Positions 33,736 to 46,186 of a DNA stretch of 64,000 nucleotides are shown here, piece by piece. The notes beneath the pieces are model-generated. The model did no database searches. It worked only from the letters and a program-made list of their open reading frames with translations, and was not told where the DNA came from. A program made the position numbers and the translations under genes. How positions within the stretch are numbered: position 1 is the first letter of the stretch; every line of letters begins with the position of its first letter. The DNA is from Octopus bimaculoides (Eukaryota), in assembly GCF_001194135.2 (NCBI RefSeq), contig NC_068989.1, positions 7,990,825 to 8,054,824 on the forward strand, given 5' to 3'.

Positions 33736-34254
33736 CGGAGCGGACGATGCAAGCTTTGAATAACAGTGCGAGCAAGGATTCTTATAGACTCGCTGGCCCG
33801 GGATCTCTCTTAAACTCAAGACACGAGATCTATATGCCCTGCCCCCATTTCAAACGCTACCTGCTGCAGTTGTGGGATTCCTCGTTCATCGATTAATGGC
33901 ATAAAAAAATACTTGCTGACCGGAACCAGCCTAAAGGCGGAGACTCCCTGTCTGCGCCATAGGTCCATAAGATTTGCCAACCAGGCCGGTCTGAAGGTGA
34001 TAACTCGTCCCCTTTAAAGCTCAGACAGTATAAATTATTCTTTTATTTACAAATTAACTGAACGTAACGGTTTTCTACCTCCAGTCTGAAGAGAAGTTAT
34101 ATGCCTTCAGCCGTTGGAGCCTTACAAGTCGTCTATAAAGCTTTATGGATGCGAAACCATTTGTCGCTCTATGATCGGACATATATTTAGCTTCATGTAA
34201 ATACATAACTGCTCATCAGAGTATGCTTCTTTTTTCTTGGATATATGACCCACT

Positions 34255-34440
34255 GATGTGTGTGTGTGTGTATCTGTGTCTTTGTATTTGTTCGCCCCAC
34301 ACTGCTTGACAACCGATAGACAACGCAGCAGGCTTACAAAATAAGTACTGGAGTCGATTAGTCGAAGAAATTAACCAAACTCTTCAAGGCAGTACCCCAA
34401 TAAGGCTGCAGTGTAGTAACTCTGGCAAGTAAAGATTTTA
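34255..34440 (+). mobile_element. SINE family B 3' half (deleted)
   Basis: gcttgacaaccg...aataagtactggagtcgatt...cttcaaggcagtacccc. Confidence 0.7.
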
Positions 34441-34978
34441 AAATATATTTTCAATTATTATATCAGAATTTCAAAAACATATTTAACGTTTACTGGATTG
34501 TTTGATTACTTATATTATGACTAAATAATAAATTATTTTAACTAATTTTGCTAATTACCTTTTAGTTATATTTTCAAATACATGTTTAATTAAATTTGAA
34601 CCTAAATAATTATATAATTATTAGTGTCTAGATTGATATGATTAGATATAATGACTATATTTCATTTTAAGCAATATATTCGTTAACTCTTTGCTTCTCC
34701 TGTGTATAACATTCGATGCCTATGATGTATTCGATGCCTATGATGTATCCCATGGCATCCATGCATCACATACGATACACATTTCCAACCATCTGCGTAA
34801 CTTGGAACTAATGAAAGGAGATCTTTATATTGCTCAGAACATATGAAGCAAGGGCTAACTAAACATCTGAGAAAAGCATGGACGTTTAGGACAAAACTAC
34901 TAAAGTATTTCGGACAGGCAAAGGGCTAAGATCCTTTCTTATGAAATCTGCTTTATATGGAAGTGTGTTGGTTATCTG

Positions 34979-35025
34979 TGGAGGCACAATGGCCCAGTTG
35001 TTAGGGCAGCGGACTCGCGGTCGTG
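34979..35025 (+). mobile_element. SINE family C2 head fragment
   Basis: ggaggcacaatggcccagttgttagggcagcggactcgcggtcgt is the reverse complement of the head at 60985-61025. Confidence 0.7.
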
Positions 35026-35089
35026 CAACACAGTAACCAATAGACCGCGAGCCTTTTACACGCTCGAGCGATGTAATGAAATGTAACTC

Positions 35090-35505
35090 AATATAAAACA
35101 TATAACACATTATCATATGTTAACATACAATTATACATATAACACAGTATGATATAATACTGTACAATATGATGCCTTATATGATATAATAACAACACGA
35201 TATAACTCAATATAATTTTGATATAATTTAATACAATATAACACATTATAACCTTTGTATAATACAATATAATATAAAACAATATAATGTTATATTATAC
35301 AATATACTATGATATAAAACATTATAATATGATATAACGCAATATAATATATAATTTAATAACACAATATAGTATGATATAATTTAATATAACACAATAT
35401 AACGTGATATAATACAATATAGTATGTAATAACACAGTGTAACATGATATAATACAATATGTTATAGTACACTATAATACAGAATAATATGATATAACAC
35501 AATAA
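35090..35505. repeat. Degenerate AT-rich short-period tandem repeat (ataat/ataac-like)
   Basis: Recurrent aatataatataacac and atgatataa units. Confidence 0.8.
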
Positions 35506-35639
35506 AAGAGAAAGTACATTATCATGTGTAATCTAGGTGAGTACAATATATAATGCTCTTTAACGTAGGCACAAGGCATAGAGATTTTAAGGTAGAAAAA
35601 GCCGGGAAAATGAATCTACCCGGCAGTACTCCACTGGTT

Positions 35640-35815
35640 GCTATTTTGTTTTGTAAGTTTGCTTCCCAACCAAATGATTCCGGGTTCAGTCCCAATACGT
35701 GTAACCTCGGGCAAGGATCTTCTATTATAGTCTCCGGCTGACCAAAGCCTTGTGAGTGGATCTGGTAGCCGGAAACTGAAAGAGGCGCGTCGTGTATGTA
35801 TATATATATATATAT
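35640..35815 (+). mobile_element. SINE family B 5' half
   Basis: ccgggttcagtccc...cctcgggcaag...gaccaaagccttgtgagtggatctggtag. Confidence 0.8.
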
Positions 35816-36939
35816 NNNNNNNNNNNNNNNNNNNNNNNNNNNNNNNNNNNNNNNNNNNNNNNNNNNNNNNNNNNNNNNNNNNNNNNNNNNNNNNNNNNNN
35901 NNNNNNNNNNNNNNNNNNNNNNNNNNNNNNNNNNNNNNNNNNNNNNNNNNNNNNNNNNNNNNNNNNNNNNNNNNNNNNNNNNNNNNNNNNNNNNNNNNNN
36001 NNNNNNNNNNNNNNNNNNNNNNNNNNNNNNNNNNNNNNNNNNNNNNNNNNNNNNNNNNNNNNNNNNNNNNNNNNNNNNNNNNNNNNNNNNNNNNNNNNNN
36101 NNNNNNNNNNNNNNNNNNNNNNNNNNNNNNNNNNNNNNNNNNNNNNNNNNNNNNNNNNNNNNNNNNNNNNNNNNNNNNNNNNNNNNNNNNNNNNNNNNNN
36201 NNNNNNNNNNNNNNNNNNNNNNNNNNNNNNNNNNNNNNNNNNNNNNNNNNNNNNNNNNNNNNNNNNNNNNNNNNNNNNNNNNNNNNNNNNNNNNNNNNNN
36301 NNNNNNNNNNNNNNNNNNNNNNNNNNNNNNNNNNNNNNNNNNNNNNNNNNNNNNNNNNNNNNNNNNNNNNNNNNNNNNNATATATATATATATATATATA
36401 TATATAACTGTGTGTGTGTTTATGTATGTATGTATATGGCCGAATGAGTAAGAAGTTTGCTTTGCAGCCGTAAGGTAGCGGTTTCAATCCTACTACATGC
36501 TATCCTGGACTAATTAGTCACTTGTTAATCATATAAGCCAGCGGTTCTCAACGTTTTTGCACTCGTAACCCCTTAACCAAAAGTTTGGAACCCACACGAC
36601 CCGCTAACATCAGCTGATAGTTGAAATTAATATCATCCCAAGCCACTTCTAGCAAGGCTATGTGACCCCTTCCCCACTGATATAAGGCTTTGCCATGTTC
36701 TGCAATTTCAGATCGATTCATACCTCGTAAATGAAACTGGGCCGACTGAAGCAGTCTAGAAATATATCAAGCAAACTGCAGCTTAATTCGACCTAATAAT
36801 TTACGTCAAGGGTACAGACGTCTACGGAATAGTCAACTGCTTACCTGCTAATTCGGTGAACAGGTAATTCAGTTGATCAAACAACTGAATCTTCATCGAA
36901 CAAAACCGATCACAACTATTTATAAAGCGCAACTTAATA

Positions 36940-37345
36940 ACGCCTTTCTACTATTGGCTCAAGGCCTAAAATTGTATGAGTAGGGGGCTAGTCGGTTTTC
37001 TCGACCCTAGTACTTAACTGGTATTTATTCTTATCTACCCCGAAAGGACTAAAGGCAAAGTAGACCACAGCGGAATTTGAACGCAGATCGGGAAATAGCT
37101 AGAAGAAATACCGCTAAGCATTATGTCCGAATCCTTTCTACTATAGGCTAAAGGCCTGGATTTTGTGGGGAGGGGGACAGTCGATCACATCGACCTCAAT
37201 ACTCAACTGGTACTTAGATTATCGACCCTGAAAGGATGAAAGGCAAAGTCGACCTCAGCCGAAATTGAACTCAGTACGCAGTGGCAGACGAAATACCGCT
37301 AAGCATTTCGCCCGGCGTGCTAACGATTCTGCCAGCTCGCAGCCT
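36940..37345 (-). mobile_element. Two tandem SINE family A copies (36940-37128 truncated; 37130-37345 full)
   Basis: Two successive cctttctacta...aaggcct tails and heads ending gctaacgattctgccagctcgcagcctt. Confidence 0.85.
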
Positions 37346-37346
37346 T

Positions 37347-37404
<58 letters not shown>

Positions 37405-37407
<3 letters not shown>

Positions 37408-37616
37408 GCTTGAAATTTTTCCACAAAGGCAGCCATTTTGGGGGAGGGGTTGAGTCGAATACATCGATCACAGTGTTTCACTGGTACTTAATTTATCGAC
37501 CCCAAAAGGATGAAGGGCAAAGTGGACCTCAGTGGAAATTGAACTCAGAACGTGACAACAGACCGATAAACATTTCGTCCGGCGTGCTAACGATTCTGCT
37601 AGCTCGACGCCTTAAA
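37405..37616 (-). mobile_element. SINE family A in (AAT)n
   Basis: Full head and body, with (AAT)n on both sides. Confidence 0.85.
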
Positions 37617-37642
37617 TTATAATGATGATGATGATGATGATG

Positions 37643-37704
<62 letters not shown>

Positions 37705-38034
37705 CCACTGTGCTTCAGTGATCGATGCTCTGGTACCTGACATTGNNNNNNNNNNNNNNNNNNNNNNNNNNNNNNNNNNNNNNNNNNNNNNNNNNNNNNN
37801 NNNNNNNNNNNNNNNNNNNNNNNNNNNNNNNNNNNNNNNNNNNNNNNNNNNNNNNNNNNNNNNNNNNNNNNNNNNNNNNNNNNNNNNNNNNNNNNNNNNN
37901 NNNNNNNNNNNNNNNNNNNNNNNNNNNNNNNNNNNNNNNNNNNNNNNNNNNNNNNNNNNNNNNNNNNNNNNNNNNNNNNNNNNNNNNNNNNNNNNNNNNN
38001 NNNNNNNNNNNNNNNNNNNNNNNNNNNNNNNNNN

Positions 38035-38126
<92 letters not shown>

Positions 38127-38545
38127 CCACTGTGCTTCAGTGATCGATGCTCTGGTACCTGACATTGTTGTAGTTGACAAAATGAAGGAAACCAAGATCA
38201 TAGACATTACCATACTTGGGGATTTACGAATGGATGCTGAAAGGACTAGATAAAGATTGAAAGATATATTAATCATTAAAAGATGGCACTACACGAATGT
38301 GAGCAATGAAGACAGTAACTGTCATCTTAGTAATTGTTGTGGGCAGCGAGAGCATTAAGAACCAGGTTTGAGAAATTTGTTGGAGAAATTAGAATTGACA
38401 TGAGCGTAGAACATGCTCAGGATTTTGAGGTTGGTGCTTGAGTGCTAAGCATTGTGGAAGAAGACCCCGTGAGATCTTTGGCAACATCTTGTTGTCCGCT
38501 CTTACAGAATTAACCGAAGCAAGTGCTCTGAAAAAGTTAAATGGA

Positions 38546-38546
<1 letters not shown>
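38127..38546 (+). mobile_element. R4/Dong-clade non-LTR element 3' end (REL endonuclease) inserted in (TAA)n
   Basis: Translates PDIVVVDKMKETKIIDITILGD (PD..D motif), MKTVTVILVIV..GALRTRFEKF...EHAQ/ILRLVL. Flanked by (AAT)n on both sides. Confidence 0.8.
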
Positions 38547-38578
<32 letters not shown>

Positions 38579-38583
38579 TAATA

Positions 38584-38613
<30 letters not shown>

Positions 38614-38616
<3 letters not shown>

Positions 38617-38825
38617 CCTTTCTACTATAGGCACAAGGCCTGAAATTGTTGGGGAGGGGGCCAGTCAGTTAGATCAACCCCAGTACTCAATTGGTACTTG
38701 TTTTATAGACTTCGAAAGGATGAAAGGCAAAGTGTAGCTCTGGGGAATTTGAACTCAGAACGGAAGGACGGACGAAATGCTGCAAAGCATTTTATTCGGC
38801 GTACTAACGATTCTGCCAGCCTACC
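38614..38825 (-). mobile_element. SINE family A in (AAT)n
   Basis: Tail atcctttctactataggcacaaggcctgaaatt and head gctaacgattctgccagc. Confidence 0.85.
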
Positions 38826-38851
38826 GACTGAATGGTAATAATAATAATAAC

Positions 38852-38937
<86 letters not shown>

Positions 38938-38939
<2 letters not shown>

Positions 38940-39140
38940 CTTTCAAATTTTAGCAAAAGGGCCAACAATTTCGGGGAAGGAGTTAAATCGATCGCATCAC
39001 CCTCAGTACTTGACTGGCACTTATTTTATCGACCCCGATAGGATGAAAGTTAGAGTCACCGTCGATGGCATTTGAACCGACAATGTAAAGAGTCGGAAAA
39101 AAATGCCGCTATGCATTTTGTCCAGTTTGCTAACGAATCT
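38938..39140 (-). mobile_element. SINE family A (tail type ii)
   Basis: ttcaaattttagcaaaagggcc...tttatcgacccc...gctaacga. Confidence 0.75.
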
Positions 39141-39709
39141 TAAATGGCGTAACAACTACTTGGACTATTTGCCCATCAAACTCATTCTGCACTTTTATTT
39201 TCTTTTAAAAAAATATTTTAACATATCTGATCTAGCTCACTATAAAAACTACCACATTGATCTAAAGCATGGCCATCACTGAAGACTCCTACGTATAGAA
39301 CGAATATTATATTTATTTTGTACCACGGGAGTCACCGGTGATACACACATTAAAATGTGTTAAAATGGCCATTATACCTCCACCTACGCATTTGTTTAAT
39401 TTATTTATGATTTTTTCTACAGATTATATTTCAGATAATATTATATATGCGTTATTAACTTCTTTTCTACATTTGTTTTTTGGCGGGCAGCGTTCCAATG
39501 ATGGAGATGATAGTGACCGCATTCTTCTTACCAGGTCCTGTCTTATTGTCTATTGATTCAAATTGAAAAAGCATCCGAGAAATACAAACAAACATGTGGA
39601 CAGTAAATTTCTGTAAGATCGAATAATGTAGTTTGAACTGTAGTAATGTGAGACGCTCTCAAAATAAATCAACATGAAAGTCATCGATGATTCCCATGGT
39701 GTATTAACC

Positions 39710-40002
39710 GGTACTCCGTCGGTCACGACGACGAGTGTCCCAGTTGATCCGATCAACAGAACAGTCTGCTCGGGAAATTAATGTGCATGTGGCTGGGCAC
39801 ATGTAGTTCTCAGGGAGATTCAGCGTGATACAGAATGTGTCAAGGCCGGTCGTTTTGAATTACAGGTACTACACGTTTTTGCCAGTTTAGTGGACTGGAG
39901 TAACGTGAAATAAAGTGTCTTGTTCAAGGACACGACGTGCTGCTGGGGATCGAACTCACGACCGTAAGCCCAATATCCTAACCATTAAGCCACGTACCTT
40001 CA
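39710..40002 (-). mobile_element. SINE family C (tRNA head, RTE-like tail)
   Basis: ggtactccgtcggtcacgacgacgag...gatccgatcaac...gtgtcttgttcaaggacac...gatcgaactcacgacc. Confidence 0.85.
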
Positions 40003-40493
40003 CTATGATATATTAAGAATATAGCGTAGGGAGTCTCTGGTGTCTCACACCGTAGGCAAAGTGCTATATAAAATTTCCAGTGAATATTTCTTTGTTATCC
40101 TTGAATTCTATCGATCCGTTAAGTATGGACATGCTAAAAACTGAGCTTCACTTGTACTAAATCAAAACCTCTCTGTCTAAGTTAGTTACGAGGACTGTTG
40201 TCTTGTCTAGATGAGTTATTGAGGGTAAATAGCTTCGTTACTGTGGAAATATATACATGAAATGATGAATCAGTATAAAATGTCTAGAAAGGTAGAGTGG
40301 AATAAATTCAACTCTTAGTACTTCAATGGTACTCATTTTAATAGTCCTTGGAAAATGTAATGTGAAGTGAACCTCGGTTAAGAAACTAAACTGGCGTAGC
40401 TGGTTAAGAAGCTTACTTCCCAACCATATGCCCTTGGGTTCGAACCCTCATTGTGGCACTTTGGACCAGAAGAGGTAATTAGAGGTCTGTCTG

Positions 40494-40527
<34 letters not shown>

Positions 40528-40699
40528 ATGAACTACACGCCAGAGGCCAGAATGGTGCTCGATTGTTTTCTTTAAATGAGAAACATGGAAGTTATTTTGT
40601 TATAGTCAGGGTTCATGTGCTAAAACAAGACAAAATGAAAGCCGTTTGATTGGTTCAGGTTGCGGAAGTGCGTAGTGGTATCAAAATCACAATACGTCC

Positions 40700-41290
40700 T
40701 TTAACGGACCGGGACAGGCACGTGCTACTCGGTTCCAAGCAGACGTATGTAACCTTCTTGTTGCACCTTGCATGACTATTAGGAGTGATCAAGGGGTCAG
40801 AAATGATGGTAGACTTTAAGACCAACCTCAACAACCTTCCGCAACACTCAACGGGAGAGGAGAGGTACTGCAAAAGGCTGATAACGCCATTGGAATACAG
40901 GAGGCAGTGAGCGGCTGAACCAGAGACAGATCGCCTTGTTCGGATAGTGTGCTTTATAAGCTTTGTTATATTCCAGCTTGTTCGGCGAATAGTTACAACA
41001 CCTCCATTTTAATTCACCGCCTGACCATCGTGTCTAGTCCTAGCTTCCGTCTGACCAGACCGGAGCATTTGTTTCTTGTTGGAGGGGACGATGTTCATTG
41101 GTTAAGAATGTCTGTTTGCTACCGGCGCCCTCTGTAGGCGGCTTTAACATGCTATGGTTTTTGATGCGTAGACGGGCGCTTAGATTACACTACTTACGGA
41201 GATACTCGGGGGTAAGCGTTTGTAAGGTGTTTCTGCAACTCGTCCTTTTGACGGAGCAGCAGTTGGAGGTCAACAAAGGATGAAAATTAG
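40700..41290 (+). mobile_element. Tx1/L1-clade ORF2 remnant (post-RT region)
   Basis: Translates ANSYNTSILIHRLTIV..., then WRG..LVKNVC..PSVGGFNMLWFLMRRRALRLHYLRRY, matching the GGLG..RRHALRL region. Confidence 0.6.
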
Positions 41291-41323
41291 GTACCTAGCA
41301 ACTGGAATGTTGTTAAACATGTT

Positions 41324-41328
<5 letters not shown>

Positions 41329-41398
<70 letters not shown>
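41329..41398. repeat. (CT)n microsatellite at gap edge
   Basis: Directly visible. Confidence 0.95.
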
Positions 41399-41556
41399 NN
41401 NNNNNNNNNNNNNNNNNNNNNNNNNNNNNNNNNNNNNNNNNNNNNNNNNNNNNNNNNNNNNNNNNNNNNNNNNNNNNNNNNNNNNNNNNNNNNNNNNNNN
41501 NNNNNNNNNNNNNNNNNNNNNNNNNNNNNNNNNNNNNNNNNNNNNNNNNNNNNNNN

Positions 41557-41626
<70 letters not shown>

Positions 41627-41726
41627 TTATGTTTGACTTTTGCTTTGCATTTGTACAAGTTGGATCCAAGTCTCACCCAGAGACCTCAAGAGACAACATG
41701 TTAGAAGTTCATTATTATTATTATTA

Positions 41727-41785
<59 letters not shown>

Positions 41786-41974
41786 GCCGGTGAAGTGGTT
41801 AAAGCAGTATTGAACACCAGATCGAACACCTTGCACTATTTGGTTGCACCTTATTGCGTTTTGGTTTCAAAACGTCGACTCAGACTCATGGCTTTGATTC
41901 TTGTTTTACATATGTATAGGAGTCGATTGAACAAAAAAATATGGTATCATAATATAAAAAAAGAATTGAGGTAG

Positions 41975-42245
41975 ATTACCCGTCAGGTACTGGAGGGATA
42001 TAATCAACTAACCCCATTCCGTCTAAAATTCCTGACCTTATGCTGGCAGAATCGTTAGCACGCCGGGCAAAATGCTTAGCGGCATTTCGTCCGTCTTTAC
42101 GTTCTAAGTTCAAATGCCACAGAGGTCGCATTTGCCTTTCATCCTTTCGGGGTCTATAAAATAAGTACCAGTCGAGTACTGGGGTCAATATAATAGACTT
42201 AACCATTCCCGTAAATCTCCTGGCCTTGTACCAAAATTTGAAACT
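41975..42245 (+). mobile_element. SINE family A preceded by a tail fragment of another copy
   Basis: ctggcagaatcgttagcacgccgggcaaaatgcttagcgg...ccttgtaccaaaatttgaaac. Confidence 0.85.
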
Positions 42246-42259
42246 ATTATTATTATTAC

Positions 42260-42295
<36 letters not shown>

Positions 42296-42388
42296 CATTA
42301 TTGAGTGAGAGAGAGCAGTGCATGCCATCAAAGTGACAGTGGAGTAAAATAGACGAAGCCCAGTATACCCATCATTATTACCCGTCTG

Positions 42389-42447
<59 letters not shown>

Positions 42448-43719
42448 GTTGTTGTTGAAATTCTTTAGCCTGAACCGAAGCCACTCTGTAAGTGTTGGAT
42501 TGTTTCGCCTTTGCCAGCCTCTGTTGAATATACCTTGTTAAAATTTAGTCTTTTCCCTAGATATAATATATACAGGAGAACATAACCTAACACGTCCTTT
42601 CTTTTTAAAATAATTTATTATCTGGGTTTGAAGAGAAAATGGTTGCTATTTCTAGGTGGTCGAGCAACCACACAGAAACGACCCAATTAATTATTATAGA
42701 TCCAAGTTAAGAAAACAAATCTGGTTTTGATTATTTCTAAAATTTCAGCATCAGAAATAAACACAATCTTATTACTGTAACTAGTAAAAACTATTAAGAA
42801 TTAGTTAAGGTTATTTTCAGGCCAAGCAATCAAGGGAGATAAGGCCGAACGTTTGTTTGGAACTTATCACCGTCAACGGTTGTAGAGTTTTTCGCTCTTG
42901 CTTCGAGGCCTGCCGTAACTCGTATTTGCATGCGTTGAGCACGCTTCAACCTCGAAGACGTATTCTAATTTTAATTTGGAAAAAATTTTTAAGACGGAAA
43001 AAAAATTGAACAAGATACATGTAGATAAAAAAGATCTCAGCTGCCAGTGGCTTAGAGAAGCATAAATTCTGTTCATAATTTTTTTTTTACCAAACAGAGA
43101 GACACGGTAAGTTTTGAAAAGATAACCGCCCCCTCCGGAAGTAAGATTTGCTAATAGAAAAATATAGAACACACAGTAGATGTTTGAGGCTCGTATTAGG
43201 TAAAAAAAAGTACCATTCCCGACGCCTCGAAGGACAATAGTTCCATACAGAAATGGTTGGAATCGGAGATTCACACCAGAAAGAAAAAAGCCCCCGCGTA
43301 ACACCGGAAAATGATAATAATTGATATTCTAAATACGAAATACATATTTATGTAATAAAGAGTTGGATTTGATTCAGATATTTTTAAGAAAAGAAAATAT
43401 CTCAGAAGTAGATAAGCATTGTGGTCATAATGTTTTTGCATTGCATGTAGCCTCGTTTATCACTGATTCATTCATCACTGATTCAAGATAATACAGTACG
43501 TTCAATTGTGAACCATGTTACGCTTATCACGGATTGATCTGTGATGACGTGGATCGGCGATCGATCGAAAATTCTTCTTGTATCACAAGATCGCTCACTA
43601 GCGACTACCTACAGTACTCATCTTCCCAGAATGCACTGGCAATTTCTTGTGCTTGCATTACCGAACTACGAGGCTGCGTACTTTATATAGTTTTACTTTC
43701 TCGTAGCTATCAAAATGCG

Positions 43720-43900
43720 ACCAGCGAAAAGACAAAAATACGCAAGTGTCTGATCCTAACAAATGAGAAAGATGAGTGTATTCTCTCCAGGAAAAGGTAG
43801 ATATGATCAAGAAAATACATGACAGTAGATGCTTCACTGCTGTGGGTCGCGAGTTTGATCTCAATGAGCCATTCGTTCCATTCACAAAGTGCATGGAGAT
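43720..43900 (+). mobile_element. Tigger/pogo-like transposase N-terminal (CENP-B type HTH) remnant
   Basis: With a frameshift it reads RKMSVFS/QEKVDMIKKIHDSRCFTAVGREFDLNE, which resembles L.EK..V..KL..G.S..AVGR.F..NES. Confidence 0.5.
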
Positions 43901-44899
43901 GATTCATTTATCACTGTGTTATTCTATTTGAACCAAACCTCTGTGATAAACAAGGATAAATGTTTGAAATTTTGTCAAACAATATGGAAAGGTTGAAGGT
44001 AAGCTATATTCCAAATACTTTCACACGTGGAAAGTATTTCTGATAGTTCTCGTTCGAGAGATCTTTAAACAATGTCCTTTATATGTCTGTGGGGCAGACA
44101 GCATCCATAACTGGAGACTCGAAAAGTATCGTTTTTCATTTCGAACCAACGACAGAGTCTCTATTCGGTAATTTGATCCTCTTCAAATAGTAGCCAAACC
44201 TTCAAATTATACCTTTACCGCTTTGAAAATTGGAGGTTCCTCGAGAGGACGTAGTGGTCATGGTTGAAGCAACAGAAACAGCCACAACAATAACAACAAT
44301 AGTAATAATAACAACATATGTCTTATATAAAGATTTGGTGATCTTTGTCCTTACCTCCTTATCTGTAAGCATTTTCTTATCTCAGCGTCACGGCATCTTC
44401 AATCTCCTCAAAAAGCTCAAGGTTTGCGTGTAACATTTGCATGATGCTGGCACTTGTCATGTCTTCTAGAAGTAGTTTGTTACGGTAACCACACAGTACA
44501 GCGTTGATTCTCTCGTCAAACCGACTTTATGAAAAGCATTAAATTTTGTTGTTCTTTTTCAGTTTTGCTGCAGTTATTGTATCATTCTGAATTTAAATTC
44601 CTCTGAAATCGTCTTTGCTTTTCATTGGTTTCGTACCAGAGAAGTAAAAAGGTAAATATTATCAATCTTTTTATTTTCCACAACTTTGTGGTTTTGAGTT
44701 GAATATAGTCAAAGACGCAACAACCTCCATCTTATTCGATTTATTGTAGAGCATGTTGGCATCATATCTAGCTCTGATCAATTTAAATCAGTATAAAAGA
44801 TATGTAGGGTCAATCATCTCTACCAGGAGCATACCTTAGGTACAGTTGATTTCGGTTCCGTTTTCAGAGGTTCGTGGATAAACTCACTCATAAATGGAT

Positions 44900-45300
44900 T
44901 GAGAATAGGTTGTCTCTGAAAGGTAAGATGCAAATGGTTTCTGTCGATATCGCTTCGTGATGTATTATTGCCTGACTGTTTTGCTTTAATCCAGGAAACA
45001 CTGAACAAGATTGGATTTATGCTCTTTCCTTTCCTGAAGAACAGCTTCCTTTGACCACACGACCCAGTTGTTGCTAATAACCACTCCAGAGGGATTCTTA
45101 GAATGTTGTGGCTGATGAAGCGCAGATACGAACAACGGCTGACCCATCTTCAGAGATTCCTGGACGACGACGATGGCGAACAAATGTGGTTACCGTTTGG
45201 CAAAAAAAAAAAGACTTCAATAGTGTGATGTTTGGTGCGCAAACATGCACAATTCCCGGCAGATCTATCAACGACATTCTCCACCCCTTGCGATAGACCA
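44900..45300 (+). mobile_element. Tx1/L1-clade ORF2 remnant (post-RT region)
   Basis: Translates NRLSLKGK...YYCLTVL and GILRMLWLMKRRYEQRLTHLQRFLDDDDGEQMWLPF; same segment as 40700-41290. Confidence 0.65.
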
Positions 45301-45410
45301 TAGAAAGGGTGGGTTATATATCTAGTATCAATTTATAATACCTGATATCAATAAAAAGTTATAGTATGCAATATCAAAATAATACCTGATATCAATATAC
45401 TTGAATTAAT

Positions 45411-45652
45411 AAAGGCAGCGAGCTGGCAGAACCGTTAGCACGCCGAGCAAAATGCTTAACGGCATTTCGTCCGTCTTTACATTCTGAGTTCGAATTCTGC
45501 CGAGGTCGACTTTGCTTCATATCTTTTCGGGGTCGATAAAGTAAGTAGCAGTTGATTAATGGAGGGTGGGGTGGGGAGGAAGCATGTCGATGTCGATGTA
45601 ATCGTCTTACACCTCCGCCGAAATTGTTGGTCTTGTGCCAAAGTTTGAAACC
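45411..45652 (+). mobile_element. SINE family A (tail type ii)
   Basis: aaggcagcgagctggcagaaccgttagc...gagttcgaattc...tgtgccaaagtttgaaacc. Confidence 0.9.
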
Positions 45653-45699
45653 AACAGACTTGGATTAATCCAAAGCCTTAGAAGGGGTCGGCCATCGTT

Positions 45700-46060
45700 A
45701 TTTGCTGGTTGTGTTTAATGCCGCAAATTTTAAGAGGCTGGATCGCTTCAGTATACAGTAGCGTTCACTTCATGGTCAAACTAAATAATCCCTTTGAACT
45801 TAAACTCTTAATCCATCAAACGCGTACTGTCCCGTGGATTCTATACGTCTCTGGTCTTAAGCCATTGATGTGGATGTAAGAGATATTAAGTGTTTCTCCG
45901 CTTGCACCGAGATGGCGTCGGACACTGAAATATTCGGCGATAATCTGATAGAATACAAGATGGAAGCAAAAGCACTCGTTAGCGGGAGCTAATCAGCTGG
46001 TTTGCAACTCATCACCGTGCTGGTAAGTGTTGTGGGTCGTAGACATTCGGTCTAGTTAAG
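45700..46060 (+). mobile_element. Possible R4/Dong RT N-terminal remnant
   Basis: Weak by-eye similarity only (IFGDNL..., QK...GANQL). Confidence 0.25.
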
Positions 46061-46075
46061 ATGTTTGTGGATTGA

Positions 46076-46132
<57 letters not shown>

Positions 46133-46186
46133 TCCGCCTTAGCGAGGGCAGAGGTATTGNNNNNNNNNNTTATTATTATTATTATT

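Noticed and set aside
37620-38165. Repeated (GAT)n(AAT)n-ccactgtgcttcag...gacattg block
   Set aside because: Identical sequence on both sides of a gap; unmerged contig overlap.
43100-43145. GTAAGT donor plus CCGGAAGT ETS motif
   Set aside because: Isolated short motifs with no exon or ORF support.
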